Assembly: GCA_963750165.1 (NCBI GenBank) | Contig: CAVVPN010000012.1 | Coordinates: forward strand, 1,056,001-1,120,000 | Direction of reading: 5' to 3' | Source of the DNA: an uncultured Gemmataceae bacterium | GTDB lineage: Bacteria > Planctomycetota > Planctomycetia > Gemmatales > Gemmataceae | DNA: 64,000 nucleotides | In this document: piece after piece, positions 34,586 to 43,473 of the stretch | Position numbering within the stretch: the first letter of the stretch is position 1 | How the letters are laid out: the number at the start of each line of letters is the position of its first letter | The notes under the pieces: model-generated | The model's input: only the letters and a program-made list of their open reading frames with translations | The model's database searches: none | Told to the model about the DNA's origin: nothing | Translations under genes and position numbers: made by a program

Positions 34586-36229
34586 ATGCTCGACTCCCAG
34601 GCTGACCCGACGCCGACCGCCGGGGTGCTCCGCTGGCGCCTGGCCGCGGCGCTGCTCCTGCTCGGCACGGCCCTCTGGCGCATCCTCTACCTGGCCAACA
34701 GCCCACTCGACCTCTCGCCCGACGAGGCCCATTACTGGGACTGGTCGCGGCACCTCGACTGGAGCTATTACAGCAAGGGCCCGCTGGTCGCCTACCTGAT
34801 CCGCCTCGGCTGCGAGTTGTGTGGCGGCCTGTCGCTGGCGCTGACCGGCACCGAGACGCTGGCGGTACGGCTGCCGGCGGTCGTGTGCGGCAGCCTGTTC
34901 CTGCTCAGTCTCTACGTGCTGACGGCCCGGGTCACGCGCCGCGAAAGTCTGGCTCTGCTGGTCGTCGCTTTTGCCCTGACGCTGCCGGTGGTCAGTGTCG
35001 GTGCCTCGCTCATGACCATCGACGCGCCGTACACCTGCCTGTGGGGCTGGGCCCTGGTCGCCGGTCACCGCGCCGTCTTCCGGCCGACGCGCGGCGCCTG
35101 GGCCCTGACCGGTCTGCTCGTCGGCCTGGGTGTCCTGGCCAAGTACACGATGATCCTGTGGCTGCCCTCGCTTGGCCTGTTCCTGCTGACCAGCCCCGCC
35201 CACCGCCGCCAGCTCGTCCGTCCCGGCTTCTGGCTCATGGTCGCGGTCGCCGGGGTGTGCTGCCTGCCGATTCTGATCTGGAACGCCCAGCATGAGTGGG
35301 TGACCTTCCGCCACGTCAGCGGCCAGGCGGGCCTGGCGGAGCAGGTCGGCGGCGTCCGCTGGCTGGGGCCGCTACAATTCGTCGTCCTGCAGTTCGCTCT
35401 GCTGCTGGGTTTCTGGTTCGTCTTCTGGGCCCGCGCTCTGTGGACCTACGCTCCGTGGAAGGAGCCGGACGCCGAGCTGCGTTACCTGTGGTGGCTGTCG
35501 GTGCCGATGTTCGCGGTCTTCTGCCTGTTCGGCTTCAAGACCGGCGGCGGCGAACCGAACTGGCCCGTGACGGCCTACGCCTCCGGCCTCATCCTGGCGA
35601 CGGTGTGGCTGGCGCGCGAATGGCAAGCGCGCAACGTCTGGCGGCGGCGCGCGGCCCAGGTCTCAACGGTCGCGGCCTGCGGCCTGGGCCTGGCGCTGAC
35701 CGCGGCCGTGTATTTTAGCCCGCTGCTCTATCCGGTCCTGGTGCCGCTGGCGGGCGCGCCCACCGCCAGGGAACCGCTGCCCCTGCGCCGTTTCGACCCA
35801 ACGTGCCGACTGCGCGGCTGGCGCAGCCTGGCCGCGGCGGTGGACGAGGAGCGCGCAAAACTGCGCTCTGAGGACGGCGAGCCGGTGCTGGTCGCGACCG
35901 GCTGGAACCTGCCCGGCCAGGTCGGCTTTTACTGCGCCGGCCATCCGACGGTGCATTCGCTGGGCCTGGCGTTTGGCGACCGCCGCAGCCAGTACGACTT
36001 CTGGGGCCCGAACCCGCTCTGGCAGCCGGAGCAATTCCACGGCCGGACGTTCCTGCTGATCGCGCCCGGGGACGTGCCGCCGCCAGGCGGTTTCGAGCAA
36101 GTAGAGGCCGCCCGGGTGGTGACGCACACCGAGGCGGGCCAACCGGTGGCGCGCTGGACGATCCGTGTGTGCCGGGGGTTCCAGGGCTTCGGCGAACTGC
36201 CGTGGTTGGGGGCCAGGCACAATTTTTAA
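34586..36229 (+). CDS. Glycosyltransferase family 39 (ArnT/PMT-like) membrane protein
   Basis: LSPDEAHYWDWSRHLDWSYYSKGPLVA, MTIDAP, GVLAKY, many TM helices. Confidence 0.9.
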   Translation: MLDSQADPTPTAGVLRWRLAAALLLLGTALWRILYLANSPLDLSPDEAHYWDWSRHLDWSYYSKGPLVAYLIRLGCELCGGLSLALTGTETLAVRLPAVVCGSLFLLSLYVLTARVTRRESLALLVVAFALTLPVVSVGASLMTIDAPYTCLWGWALVAGHRAVFRPTRGAWALTGLLVGLGVLAKYTMILWLPSLGLFLLTSPAHRRQLVRPGFWLMVAVAGVCCLPILIWNAQHEWVTFRHVSGQAGLAEQVGGVRWLGPLQFVVLQFALLLGFWFVFWARALWTYAPWKEPDAELRYLWWLSVPMFAVFCLFGFKTGGGEPNWPVTAYASGLILATVWLAREWQARNVWRRRAAQVSTVAACGLGLALTAAVYFSPLLYPVLVPLAGAPTAREPLPLRRFDPTCRLRGWRSLAAAVDEERAKLRSEDGEPVLVATGWNLPGQVGFYCAGHPTVHSLGLAFGDRRSQYDFWGPNPLWQPEQFHGRTFLLIAPGDVPPPGGFEQVEAARVVTHTEAGQPVARWTIRVCRGFQGFGELPWLGARHNF

Positions 36230-36374
36230 CGGCGCGGCAAGGCGGCCAGGCGAGGGGAAGGTGGGAATTGTGATTCTTCACGAAACCCGGGCAGAGGCAA
36301 GGCCGATACCAATCCCACGGAGAGGTGGGGCCGCGGCGCGGGCCGTGCTCCGGATCCGGGGAGGGCGGACGGTA

Positions 36375-37244
36375 ATGCTGCAATTTGAGAACCCAGGCCC
36401 TTCTGGTCGGCGGACGGTCTGGCGGCGGCTGCGCTGGCTGCTGGGCGGGGGTCTGTTCGTGACGGTGGCGGTGCTGCTGGCACAGGTGGGCCACATCGTG
36501 CTGGGCGGCAACTTTCACGAGGTGGTGCGCGGCGAGGTCTACCGCAGTGCCCAGCTGTCGCCAGCGACGCTGGAGGCGTACATCCGGGCGTACCGCATTC
36601 GCACCGTGATCAATTTGCGGGGTGAGAATTTTGACGACGAGTGGTATCACCGCGAAATCGAGACGACCGTCCGTGCGGGGGCGGTGTTCGAGGACGTGGG
36701 ACTGTGGGCGTACAGTCCACCGCCGCCGGGCGAACTGATCCGCCTGGTGGATTTCCTGGAGCACGCCGAGACGCCCATCCTGGTCCACTGCCACACCGGC
36801 GCGGACCGAGCGGGGTTGGCGTCGGTGCTGGCCTTGCTGCTGCGCACTGACACCTCATTGTCACAGGCGCGCGGCCAGCTGACGCTCTACTACGGCCACA
36901 ACCGCTGGGGCAAGGCCGCCTGCCACGACCGCCTGCTTGACCGCTACGAAGAATGGTTGCAGGCGACGGGCAAGCCGCACAGCCCGGACATGCTGCGCCA
37001 CTGGGTCCGCCATCTGTACGATCCGGAACGGATCATGAATCAGCGCACCGAACACAGTTCACGTGCGGATCACTCGACTCAATGCTCAGCTGCAACCTCA
37101 GTTGGCCCGTCACGTGCAACAACTGGTTTGGGTCAAGAAAAATGTCCGCGTCCCCTTTTTCTTCTTGTCGATCTGAACATCTCCGCTTGTACTCAAAAGG
37201 CCCGTCCGCAGCAGTGGTTGGTTCGGCTCAACAAGCTACGCTGA
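36375..37244 (+). CDS. Protein tyrosine/dual-specificity phosphatase-like protein; C-terminal ~64 aa read through attC sequence
   Basis: NFHEVV.GEVYRSAQ, IRTVINLRG, PILVHCHTGADRAG (CX5R); start at ATG 36375. Confidence 0.85.
   Translation: MLQFENPGPSGRRTVWRRLRWLLGGGLFVTVAVLLAQVGHIVLGGNFHEVVRGEVYRSAQLSPATLEAYIRAYRIRTVINLRGENFDDEWYHREIETTVRAGAVFEDVGLWAYSPPPPGELIRLVDFLEHAETPILVHCHTGADRAGLASVLALLLRTDTSLSQARGQLTLYYGHNRWGKAACHDRLLDRYEEWLQATGKPHSPDMLRHWVRHLYDPERIMNQRTEHSSRADHSTQCSAATSVGPSRATTGLGQEKCPRPLFLLVDLNISACTQKARPQQWLVRLNKLR
37047..37132 (-). other. Integron attC site (complete, 86 bp)
   Basis: Minus strand CCCAAAC-CAGTT-GTTGCACG-TGACGGGCC...GATCCGCA-CGTGAAC-TGT-GTTCGGT: R''/L''/L'/R' with an extra base in L''. 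Confidence 0.8.
37169..37227 (-). other. Integron attC 5' half (truncated)
   Basis: Minus strand GCCGAAC-CAACC-ACTGCTGC-GGACGGGCC..., aligning with the first half of the 37702-37791 attC and ending abruptly at an AAGAAGAAAAAGGGGAC motif. Confidence 0.65.
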
Positions 37245-37276
37245 CCCCTTTTCTTCTTCCCGGATTTGACGCGCGG

Positions 37277-37687
37277 CTAGTCCGCGGGCGGCGACGGGGG
37301 TGGTTTGGGTTTAAGCCGTGGCTTGATCCACTCGGTGTCCAGGAACCCGGGTAGCGACTCGGCCAGTTTCTCTGGCCCGCTGTCGTCCGACCCGATCTTG
37401 TACACTGCCGGATCCCCGTCCAGACGCAGGCAAAAGTAGTCGTTGTCGTCGTCCGTCCCAATCAGCAGGTACTCTTTCCACCAATTCGGGTACGGCTCAT
37501 AGAGGCTACAGCGGGGATCTCGCTCGCGAAGGTTCTCGCTGAGGACATCGTCTGGCCGCGCCCAGATCCAACTGCCCAGTTGGCTGGCTCGAAACTCAGC
37601 CCCATGGGCAAGCATCAGTTCGCGATACGCGGTCGGGAGGGTTATTCCCAGCCCACCCGCGATTCGGTTCAAGTCTTCCTCAGTCAT
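37277..37687 (-). CDS. SMI1/KNR4 family (immunity-type) protein, integron gene cassette
   Basis: LGITLPTAYRELM...LLIGTDDDNDYFCL..VY...LAESL..FL; ATG 15 nt after the attC R' GTTCGGC, with a GGAG RBS in between. Confidence 0.8.
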   Translation of the reverse strand: MTEEDLNRIAGGLGITLPTAYRELMLAHGAEFRASQLGSWIWARPDDVLSENLRERDPRCSLYEPYPNWWKEYLLIGTDDDNDYFCLRLDGDPAVYKIGSDDSGPEKLAESLPGFLDTEWIKPRLKPKPPPSPPAD

Positions 37688-37701
37688 GCGCTTCTCCAAT
37701 C

Positions 37702-37791
37702 GCCGAACAACCCCAGTTCACGTGCGGGCCACTCGTCTCAATGTGTCCGATTTACCTCAGATAGCCCGTCACGTGCAACGGCTGGTTCGGC
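37702..37791 (-). other. Integron attC site (complete, 90 bp)
   Basis: Minus strand GCCGAAC-CAGCC-GTTGCACG-TGACGGGC...GCCCGCA-CGTGAAC-TGGGGTT-GTTCGGC. Confidence 0.88.
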
Positions 37792-37818
37792 CAAAATAAT
37801 GATGAATGTCCCCTTTTC

Positions 37819-37995
37819 CCTGGACCTGTGGGCCGCAGTGCAGCGCTTGCCGCTCTACGAAGCCGCCTTGCACCTGGCGGAGACCTTCGGCTTGCGCCGG
37901 AACAGAGAAGAGGAACCCGTGAAGAGAACCCGTTGACCGCTTCGCCAGAGAGGGCGGAAAAAAGAACCGTCATCACGACGGACGGTTCTTGACTT
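37819..37995 (+). pseudogene. 3' end remnant of a mobile-element gene (CHC2 zinc-finger-like tail) plus hairpin
   Basis: LDLWAAVQRLPLYEAALHLAETFGL...NREEEPV*, then AAGAACCGTC-N9-GACGGTTCTT; the 5' part is absent. Confidence 0.45.
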
Positions 37996-38179
37996 TCAAC
38001 GGTACATCTTTTCTTTCTCGGCCAGCCTCACATCCCGCACATCAGATCGAGCTGCGTCCTCTTTTCTTCGTCGCGTCGCCTGGTATCCCTTCGCGATTCC
38101 CGTTAAACTTGCCTTACCGTTGTGGACCTGCCCATCCGAATCTTTCACCCTTGTCGTGAAACTCAACCGGAGCAGTATC

Positions 38180-39475
38180 ATGCGAAATGTACGGCGTACC
38201 CGACCCACCCTTGAGTCCCTTGAGAACCGACTCTGCCCCACCGGCCTCACCGTTCGCTTCATCAGCGGCACTCTGTACATCAGCGGCGATTCCACCAGCA
38301 GGATCATTAATCTGAACCAGACCCTACTTACCGGCCAGATCCAGGTATTCGACAACACCTCCCTCCTGGGCACCTTCAGTGCCAACAGCATCAACCTCCA
38401 GACCGGCAACGCCGCGGAAACCGTCACCTTGACCCTGGCCGGCTCGCGCACCTTCAACGGCAATGTCTCCCTCACCACCGGGAACGGAAACGACCAGATT
38501 GTCGTCACCGGCGACGGCAGCGGTCTCCCGCAGATTTCCGGTAACCTCACCATTAACACGGGCCAGGGTACCAACCAGGTCACCACCGGCACAACCGGCA
38601 GTTTCCAAGTCAGCGGCAACGTCTTACTTCAAGGCGCCGGCAGCGACACCTTTACCATCGAGGGTGGCACCGTCATCAACGGCAACCTCAGCGCCACCGA
38701 TCCGACGGGGACCTTCCAGCTCGGCGGAAGCGGTGATGGTGCGGCGGTCAAGGGCAACGTGACCATCAACGGCGCGGGCAGCCACAACGTCACCGTCACC
38801 CCCAATGGGGGCGTCTTCGGGAACTTCCAATCCTCCACGGGTGGCGGTCTCAACCAGGTCACGATCAACGCCCCCATCCTGGGCAACGTCAACGTGACCG
38901 AGACCGGTAGCCCCAGCAACCTGACGCTGACCTCCCTGGTCGGCGGCAGCCTGACCTACACGGGCTCGGGGACCAATTCCGTCAATCTCATCCTCGCGTC
39001 CATGATCGGTGGCGATGCCACGTTGAACCTGGGCAACGGCGACAGCAATTACACGCTCGGCGGCGCCGCGACCATCTATGGCAGTCTGCGGGTCAATGCC
39101 GGCAACGGGACGGACATCGGCTTCCTGAACGGCACGATCAACCGCAACCTGTCGATCACCGTCGGCAACGGCGCCAATACGCTGACCATTGCGAACGCCC
39201 CGGGTGGTGTCCTGTCCTGGACGAGCGGCAATGGCAACAGCTCCCTGATGCTCGGGTTCAGTCTCTTCACCACCGGACCCGAAACCTGGACCGTCAACGT
39301 GCGCTTCGGCACCGGCAGCGACACGTTCGCGCTGAGCGGCGCGGTGGCGCCCACCCACTACCTCACCGGCTTTGTGGACATGGGCGGCCCTCCGGGCGGG
39401 AACTCCTTCGATCCGGCGCATGCGCTGGGGGTGAACTGGCAAGTGCTCGGGCCGTTCACGATCCAGAACGTGTAA
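38180..39475 (+). CDS. Planctomycete extracellular Gly/Asn/Thr-rich (beta-helix-like) protein
   Basis: RPTLESLENRLCP motif followed by repeated GNL.I.TG.G.D units. Confidence 0.8.
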   Translation: MRNVRRTRPTLESLENRLCPTGLTVRFISGTLYISGDSTSRIINLNQTLLTGQIQVFDNTSLLGTFSANSINLQTGNAAETVTLTLAGSRTFNGNVSLTTGNGNDQIVVTGDGSGLPQISGNLTINTGQGTNQVTTGTTGSFQVSGNVLLQGAGSDTFTIEGGTVINGNLSATDPTGTFQLGGSGDGAAVKGNVTINGAGSHNVTVTPNGGVFGNFQSSTGGGLNQVTINAPILGNVNVTETGSPSNLTLTSLVGGSLTYTGSGTNSVNLILASMIGGDATLNLGNGDSNYTLGGAATIYGSLRVNAGNGTDIGFLNGTINRNLSITVGNGANTLTIANAPGGVLSWTSGNGNSSLMLGFSLFTTGPETWTVNVRFGTGSDTFALSGAVAPTHYLTGFVDMGGPPGGNSFDPAHALGVNWQVLGPFTIQNV

Positions 39476-39494
39476 ACCGACCTGGCCGTTCCTC

Positions 39495-39559
39495 GGGCAG
39501 GATAAGGGGCACTCAACATGATAAGGCCTGAAAGGAATGAACGTCCCCTGTTCCTGCCC
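39495..39559. repeat. Palindromic GGGG...CCCC miniature element
   Basis: GGGCAGGATAAGGGGCACTCAACAT...AATGAACGTCCCCTGTTCCTGCCC; its arm AGGGGACGTTCAT matches AGGGGACATTCAT beside the 37791 attC. Confidence 0.6.
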
Positions 39560-39571
39560 AAAGCCTCTCGC

Positions 39572-39666
39572 GCCGAACCCGGGAGTTCTGTTACTCGGCG
39601 CGCTTCTGCCGCTGCCAGTCAGCTGCACCAGGCCGCGCGCCGAGTAACAGCAACGTGTGGTTCGGC
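39572..39666 (-). other. Integron attC site (complete, 95 bp)
   Basis: Minus strand GCCGAAC-CACAC-GTTGCTGT-TACTCGGCGCGC...GCGCGCCGAGTA-ACAGAAC-TCCCGG-GTTCGGC. Confidence 0.8.
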
Positions 39667-39886
39667 TTGGCGGACCGGTAGGCAGAGACCCCCGTGTTCC
39701 TGGGGGCCGGCCGGTTGCCCTTGGGCAGACCGAGGGGGTGCTGCTGGCAACCTCGAGCCAGCGCCCGCCTCACCAGCGTCGATGCACCTACCCTCGTCGT
39801 ACCGACGGAGCCGAGACCGTGACTGCCGGCCGGAGCGTGTCGGGCGGCTCAGGGCTGCCGGGGCGAGGCGGGCGGCGGCGGGGTGC

Positions 39887-39949
39887 CGCTAACGACTAAG
39901 CTCACTTGCCGGGGCCGCCTCGATCAACGTCATGCCGCGCAAAAAAACC
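39887..39949 (-). other. Integron attC 3' half, cut by ISL3
   Basis: Minus strand GGTTTTTTTGCGCGGCATGACG...GGCGGCCCCGGCAAGTGAGC-TTAGTC-GTTAGCG abutting the ISL3 end at 39950. Confidence 0.6.
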
Positions 39950-39989
39950 GGTTCTTCCGTTTTTAGAGCGGTTCGCGTTTGGGTAGCGC

Positions 39990-40062
39990 ACAAGTCGTGG
40001 GACGGCTCTCCAGAGCCGTCAGCGTTCTCCCGACGGCTCTGGAGAGCCGTCCCACGACTTGT
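39990..40062. repeat. REP inverted doublet (31-bp perfect arms) inside the ISL3 3' end
   Basis: ACAAGTCGTGGGACGGCTCTCCAGAGCCGTC-N11-GACGGCTCTGGAGAGCCGTCCCACGACTTGT. Confidence 0.85.
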
Positions 40063-40628
40063 AGTCCACGCGACTGGGAACCGCTCTAGGTGCAAGCGCC
40101 TGAGAAAATGGCCCGGAAGCCCGCCACCAGTTCCCGAATGTGGGCGATGGTCTGCCGCACCAGATCCTTGCCTCGGTTTAGGTCCAGGATCAACCGGCTC
40201 CACAGACTGTCCGCGGACTTCAGCCCGTAGGCACGCTTGACAATCACGCGCGCCTTGTTGTTGATCCCCTCCACTGGCCCACTCGTCTGCCGGCCCTCGA
40301 AGTAGTTCAGGATCTCGTCTTGCCAGGTCTCGAAGGTCACGATGAACTTCTCCATCGCCGGGAACTCCTCCAGGATGTCCAGCCACACCCCGGTCAGCCA
40401 CCGTAGCGCCTGCCGCCGGTCCGTGGCCGTGTCGAAGATCTTCTGGAAGCGCACGCGGATCTCGTACAGCCGCCGCAGCCGGGGCAACTGCTCAAACAAG
40501 GCCTCCAGCTTCGCTTGCTCTGCCTTGGTCAGGTCCTTGGGGTTGCGGCGGAACTCCCACATCAACGAGCGAAATTCCTTCCGTTGCGCCTTCGTGAGCT
40601 TCTGCTTGTGGCCCCGCGTGATTTTTTT

Positions 40629-42301
40629 CTAGGACAGCAAAGCCGGCTAGACAGCTAACCTGGGTTTGGGTTACGCTTTAGCGCCCCAACCCAGGAGCTT
40701 GCCATGGCCAGGAAGGCGCCCCGCCCCGAACCCACCTTCACCCAACACCTGGACGCCTTGTACCAGGACTGCCCCGCCTGCCACCGACGGATGTGGTCCG
40801 ACTACCGGAACGACCGCACCGTCGTCACCCTGCTGGGCCTGACACGGCTGGTGCTCCACATCCGCCGCTGCCACACCGCCGACTGCCCACGCCACCTGCA
40901 GCCCTACCGGCCCGAGGCCGAGGGCCGCCACGCCCTGCCCCAGCACGAGTTCGGCCTGGACGTCATCGCCCACCTCGGCGCCCTCCGCTACGCCGAGCAC
41001 CGCTCCGTCCCCGAGATCCACCAGCACCTGGTCGCCCGGGGCCTGGCCATCGCCGAGCGGACGGTCACCAACCTCCTGGAGCGCTACGACGAACTGCTGG
41101 CCGTCACCCTGACCGACGCCGGCCGCCTGCGCGGGTTGCTGGCCGCGCAGGGCCGCGTCATCCTGGCCATCGACGGCCTGCAGCCCGACGTCGGCCACGA
41201 GGTGCTCTGGGTGTTGCGCGACTGCCTCTCCGGCACCGTCCTGCTGGCCCGCAGCCTGTTGTCCAGCCGGCAGCAGGACCTGGCCGAACTCATCGGCCAG
41301 GTGCGCGACGGCCTGGCGGTGCCGATCACCGGGGTGGTCTCCGACGGCCAGCACTCCATCCGCAAGGCCGTGGCCGAAGCCTTGCCCGGCGTGCCGCACC
41401 AACTCTGCCACTTCCACTACCTCCGCGAAGCCGCCCGGCCCATCTACGAGGCCGACCGCCACGCCAAGAAGGAACTCAAGAAGCGCGTCCGCGGCGTGCG
41501 GCCCCTCGAGCGCCAGGTGGAGGGCCGCACCGACCCCGAGGCCCAGGCCATCCAGGGGTACTGCGACGCGGTCCGCAGTGCCGTGACCGACGACGGCCGG
41601 CCGCCCCTGGAAGCGTCCGGGCTGAAACTCCACGACCGCCTGAGCGCCGTGGTGGCCAGCCTGGACGGGGTGGCCGAAAAAAGGGGCTCCCGAAAGAACT
41701 CGTCCGGCTGAGGCTGCTGCTCGTGGCGGCGTTGGCGGCCACGGCGCCGCTGTGGCCCCCGGTGCGCGTGGCCTTCGCCTGGGTCTGGCAGGCGGCGCAC
41801 CTGCTGGGCGAACACGGCCCCGGGGTGGCCCCAGCCGTGCGGCAGCGCCTGGGTGGTCTGCTCGGGGCGATGACCCGCCACCGCGGGCTGGTCGGGGCGC
41901 TGGCGAGCGGGGTCGAGCACTTCGTGAAGGTCACCCGGAGCTACTGGCCGGGGCTGTTCCACTGCTACGCCGTCGCGGACCTACCGCGGACGAACAACGA
42001 CCTGGAGCAGTTCTTCGGCAGCCATCGCTACCACGAGCGCCGGGCCAGCGGCCGCACGGGGGCGTCCCCGAGTCTGGTGCTCCGTGGGGAGGCCCGCGTG
42101 TTGGCGGCCGCGGCGACCCGGCAGCACGTCTACACAGCGGAAGAGTTGGCGGAGGCAGACCCGGTCAGGCAGGCGGAACTCCGCCAACACCTGGAGTCCC
42201 GCCGCCGCCGCCGAGTCAACCGCACACGGTTCCGTCGCAATCCCCGGGCGTTCCTCCAACAGTTGGAGGAAAAACTGCTCCAGCCGGCTTTGCTGTCCTA
42301 G
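40629..42301 (+). mobile_element. Insertion sequence (unclassified, ISNCY-like DDE) with 20-bp perfect IRs
   Basis: CTAGGACAGCAAAGCCGGCT...AGCCGGCTTTGCTGTCCTAG, flanked by T7 and T8 runs. Confidence 0.88.
40704..42301 (+). CDS. Transposase, two ORFs joined by a probable programmed -1 frameshift
   Basis: ILAIDGLQP, VVSDG, HQLCHFHYLR in ORF1; PRTNNDLEQFFG in ORF2; A AAA AAG at 41677-41683 links the two frames. Confidence 0.85.
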
Positions 42302-43241
42302 TTTTTTTTCCGCTCCTGGTCCACGACCTCGTTGAACTTCTTGGCGACGTGGAAGCGGTCGATGACCGCCTGGGCGTTGGGCAGCAAGCCCCGACAAGCG
42401 GCGTGGAACGCCGGCCCCATGTCGGCCCGGTAGGTATGCACCTGCAGGCGCTGCGCCGCGGACAACTTCTCCAGGCACTGCTGCGCCGCCGCCGCGTCAC
42501 GGCCTGCGGTCACCGCCAGCACTTCGGGCCGGTCGGGGTTGGTCAGGTCGGTCAGGATCGTCACGTAGAGCTTGTGCCGCTTCTTCAGGCTCAACTCGTC
42601 AATGCCCACGTCCTGGATCACGCGCTGGGGGTCGATCGTCTTGGCCTGGGTGTCGGCCAACTGGTTGCGGACGATCAGGCCGACCGTCTCCGCCGAGATG
42701 CCCAGGCGGCGGGCCACCTCCTCCTCGTTACTGCCGATCAGCGCCCGCAAGACGTGCTGCTCGAAGCGGTAGGTGTAGCTCGTGTCCCGGCGCTTGAAGG
42801 GCGGGATCAGGTGTTGTCGGTGATGGCAGTGGGGGCAGCGGTGGAAAACCGGTTGGTAGATCCAGAAGCTCGGTTGGCCCCAGAGTTCCAGGTCGCGGAC
42901 GACTTGCACCGTCTCCTTGAACTCCAGGTGCGCGTCCTCCTCGCGGCGGCAGCGGTCGCAGCGACAGCGGTTGGGCAAGGGCCAGGAGACTTCAAAGCCG
43001 TGGCCGTCGCCGTGGCGCTCGTAAGCCACGATGGTGACGCCTTCCGGGAGATCCACGTCGATAGTGATGGTGGCCATGACCGTCCCTGACGAGCAAGCAT
43101 CGAGAACCCCAGGGCCGGCCGACGCACGGCACCTATCCAGAAATGTAAGCCCCGCACGCCGCCCAGAAAAGGCTCAAAAATCCAGGCACTCGCACTTTAC
43201 CCCGGAAGAACCCTTTCTTCGGGACGAAGAAGGATTCTTCC

Positions 43242-43363
43242 GGCTCTTCCGTTTTTAGGTGCGAAACACTGGATTTTCGGTGAACGGACGATCACGTGCC
43301 CCACGATTTTTCCAGGAAAATTGAGAATCGGGCCGATAACCCGCACCTAAAAACGGAAGAGCC
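43242..43363. mobile_element. 122-bp ISL3-type MITE
   Basis: 22-bp perfect IRs GGCTCTTCCGTTTTTAGGTGCG / CGCACCTAAAAACGGAAGAGCC, similar to the ISL3 end at 39950; no ORF. Confidence 0.8.
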
Positions 43364-43473
43364 GAAGAAAGCATGTCCTCTTCGTCAACGACGGTGGAGC
43401 GAATTTCCAGCTGCGACACTAGCTCGCCCAGGAAGAACTTGCACCATTACAGGGGGTAGATTATTTTCCCCAG

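Larger units (their letters stand above)
40086..43077 (-). pseudogene. ISL3 transposase split by insertion
   Basis: ...EVVDQERKK | ITRGHKQKLTKAQRKEFRSLMWEFRR... joins across the 40629-42301 insertion. Confidence 0.88.
39950..43212 (-). mobile_element. ISL3 family insertion sequence (interrupted by a second IS)
   Basis: Terminal IRs GGTTCTTCCG.../...CGGAAGAACC; transposase halves 42302..43077 (Zn finger, GIDE, DM...F, IDRFHV) and 40086..40628 (TSGPVEGINNKARVIVKRAYG). Confidence 0.9.
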
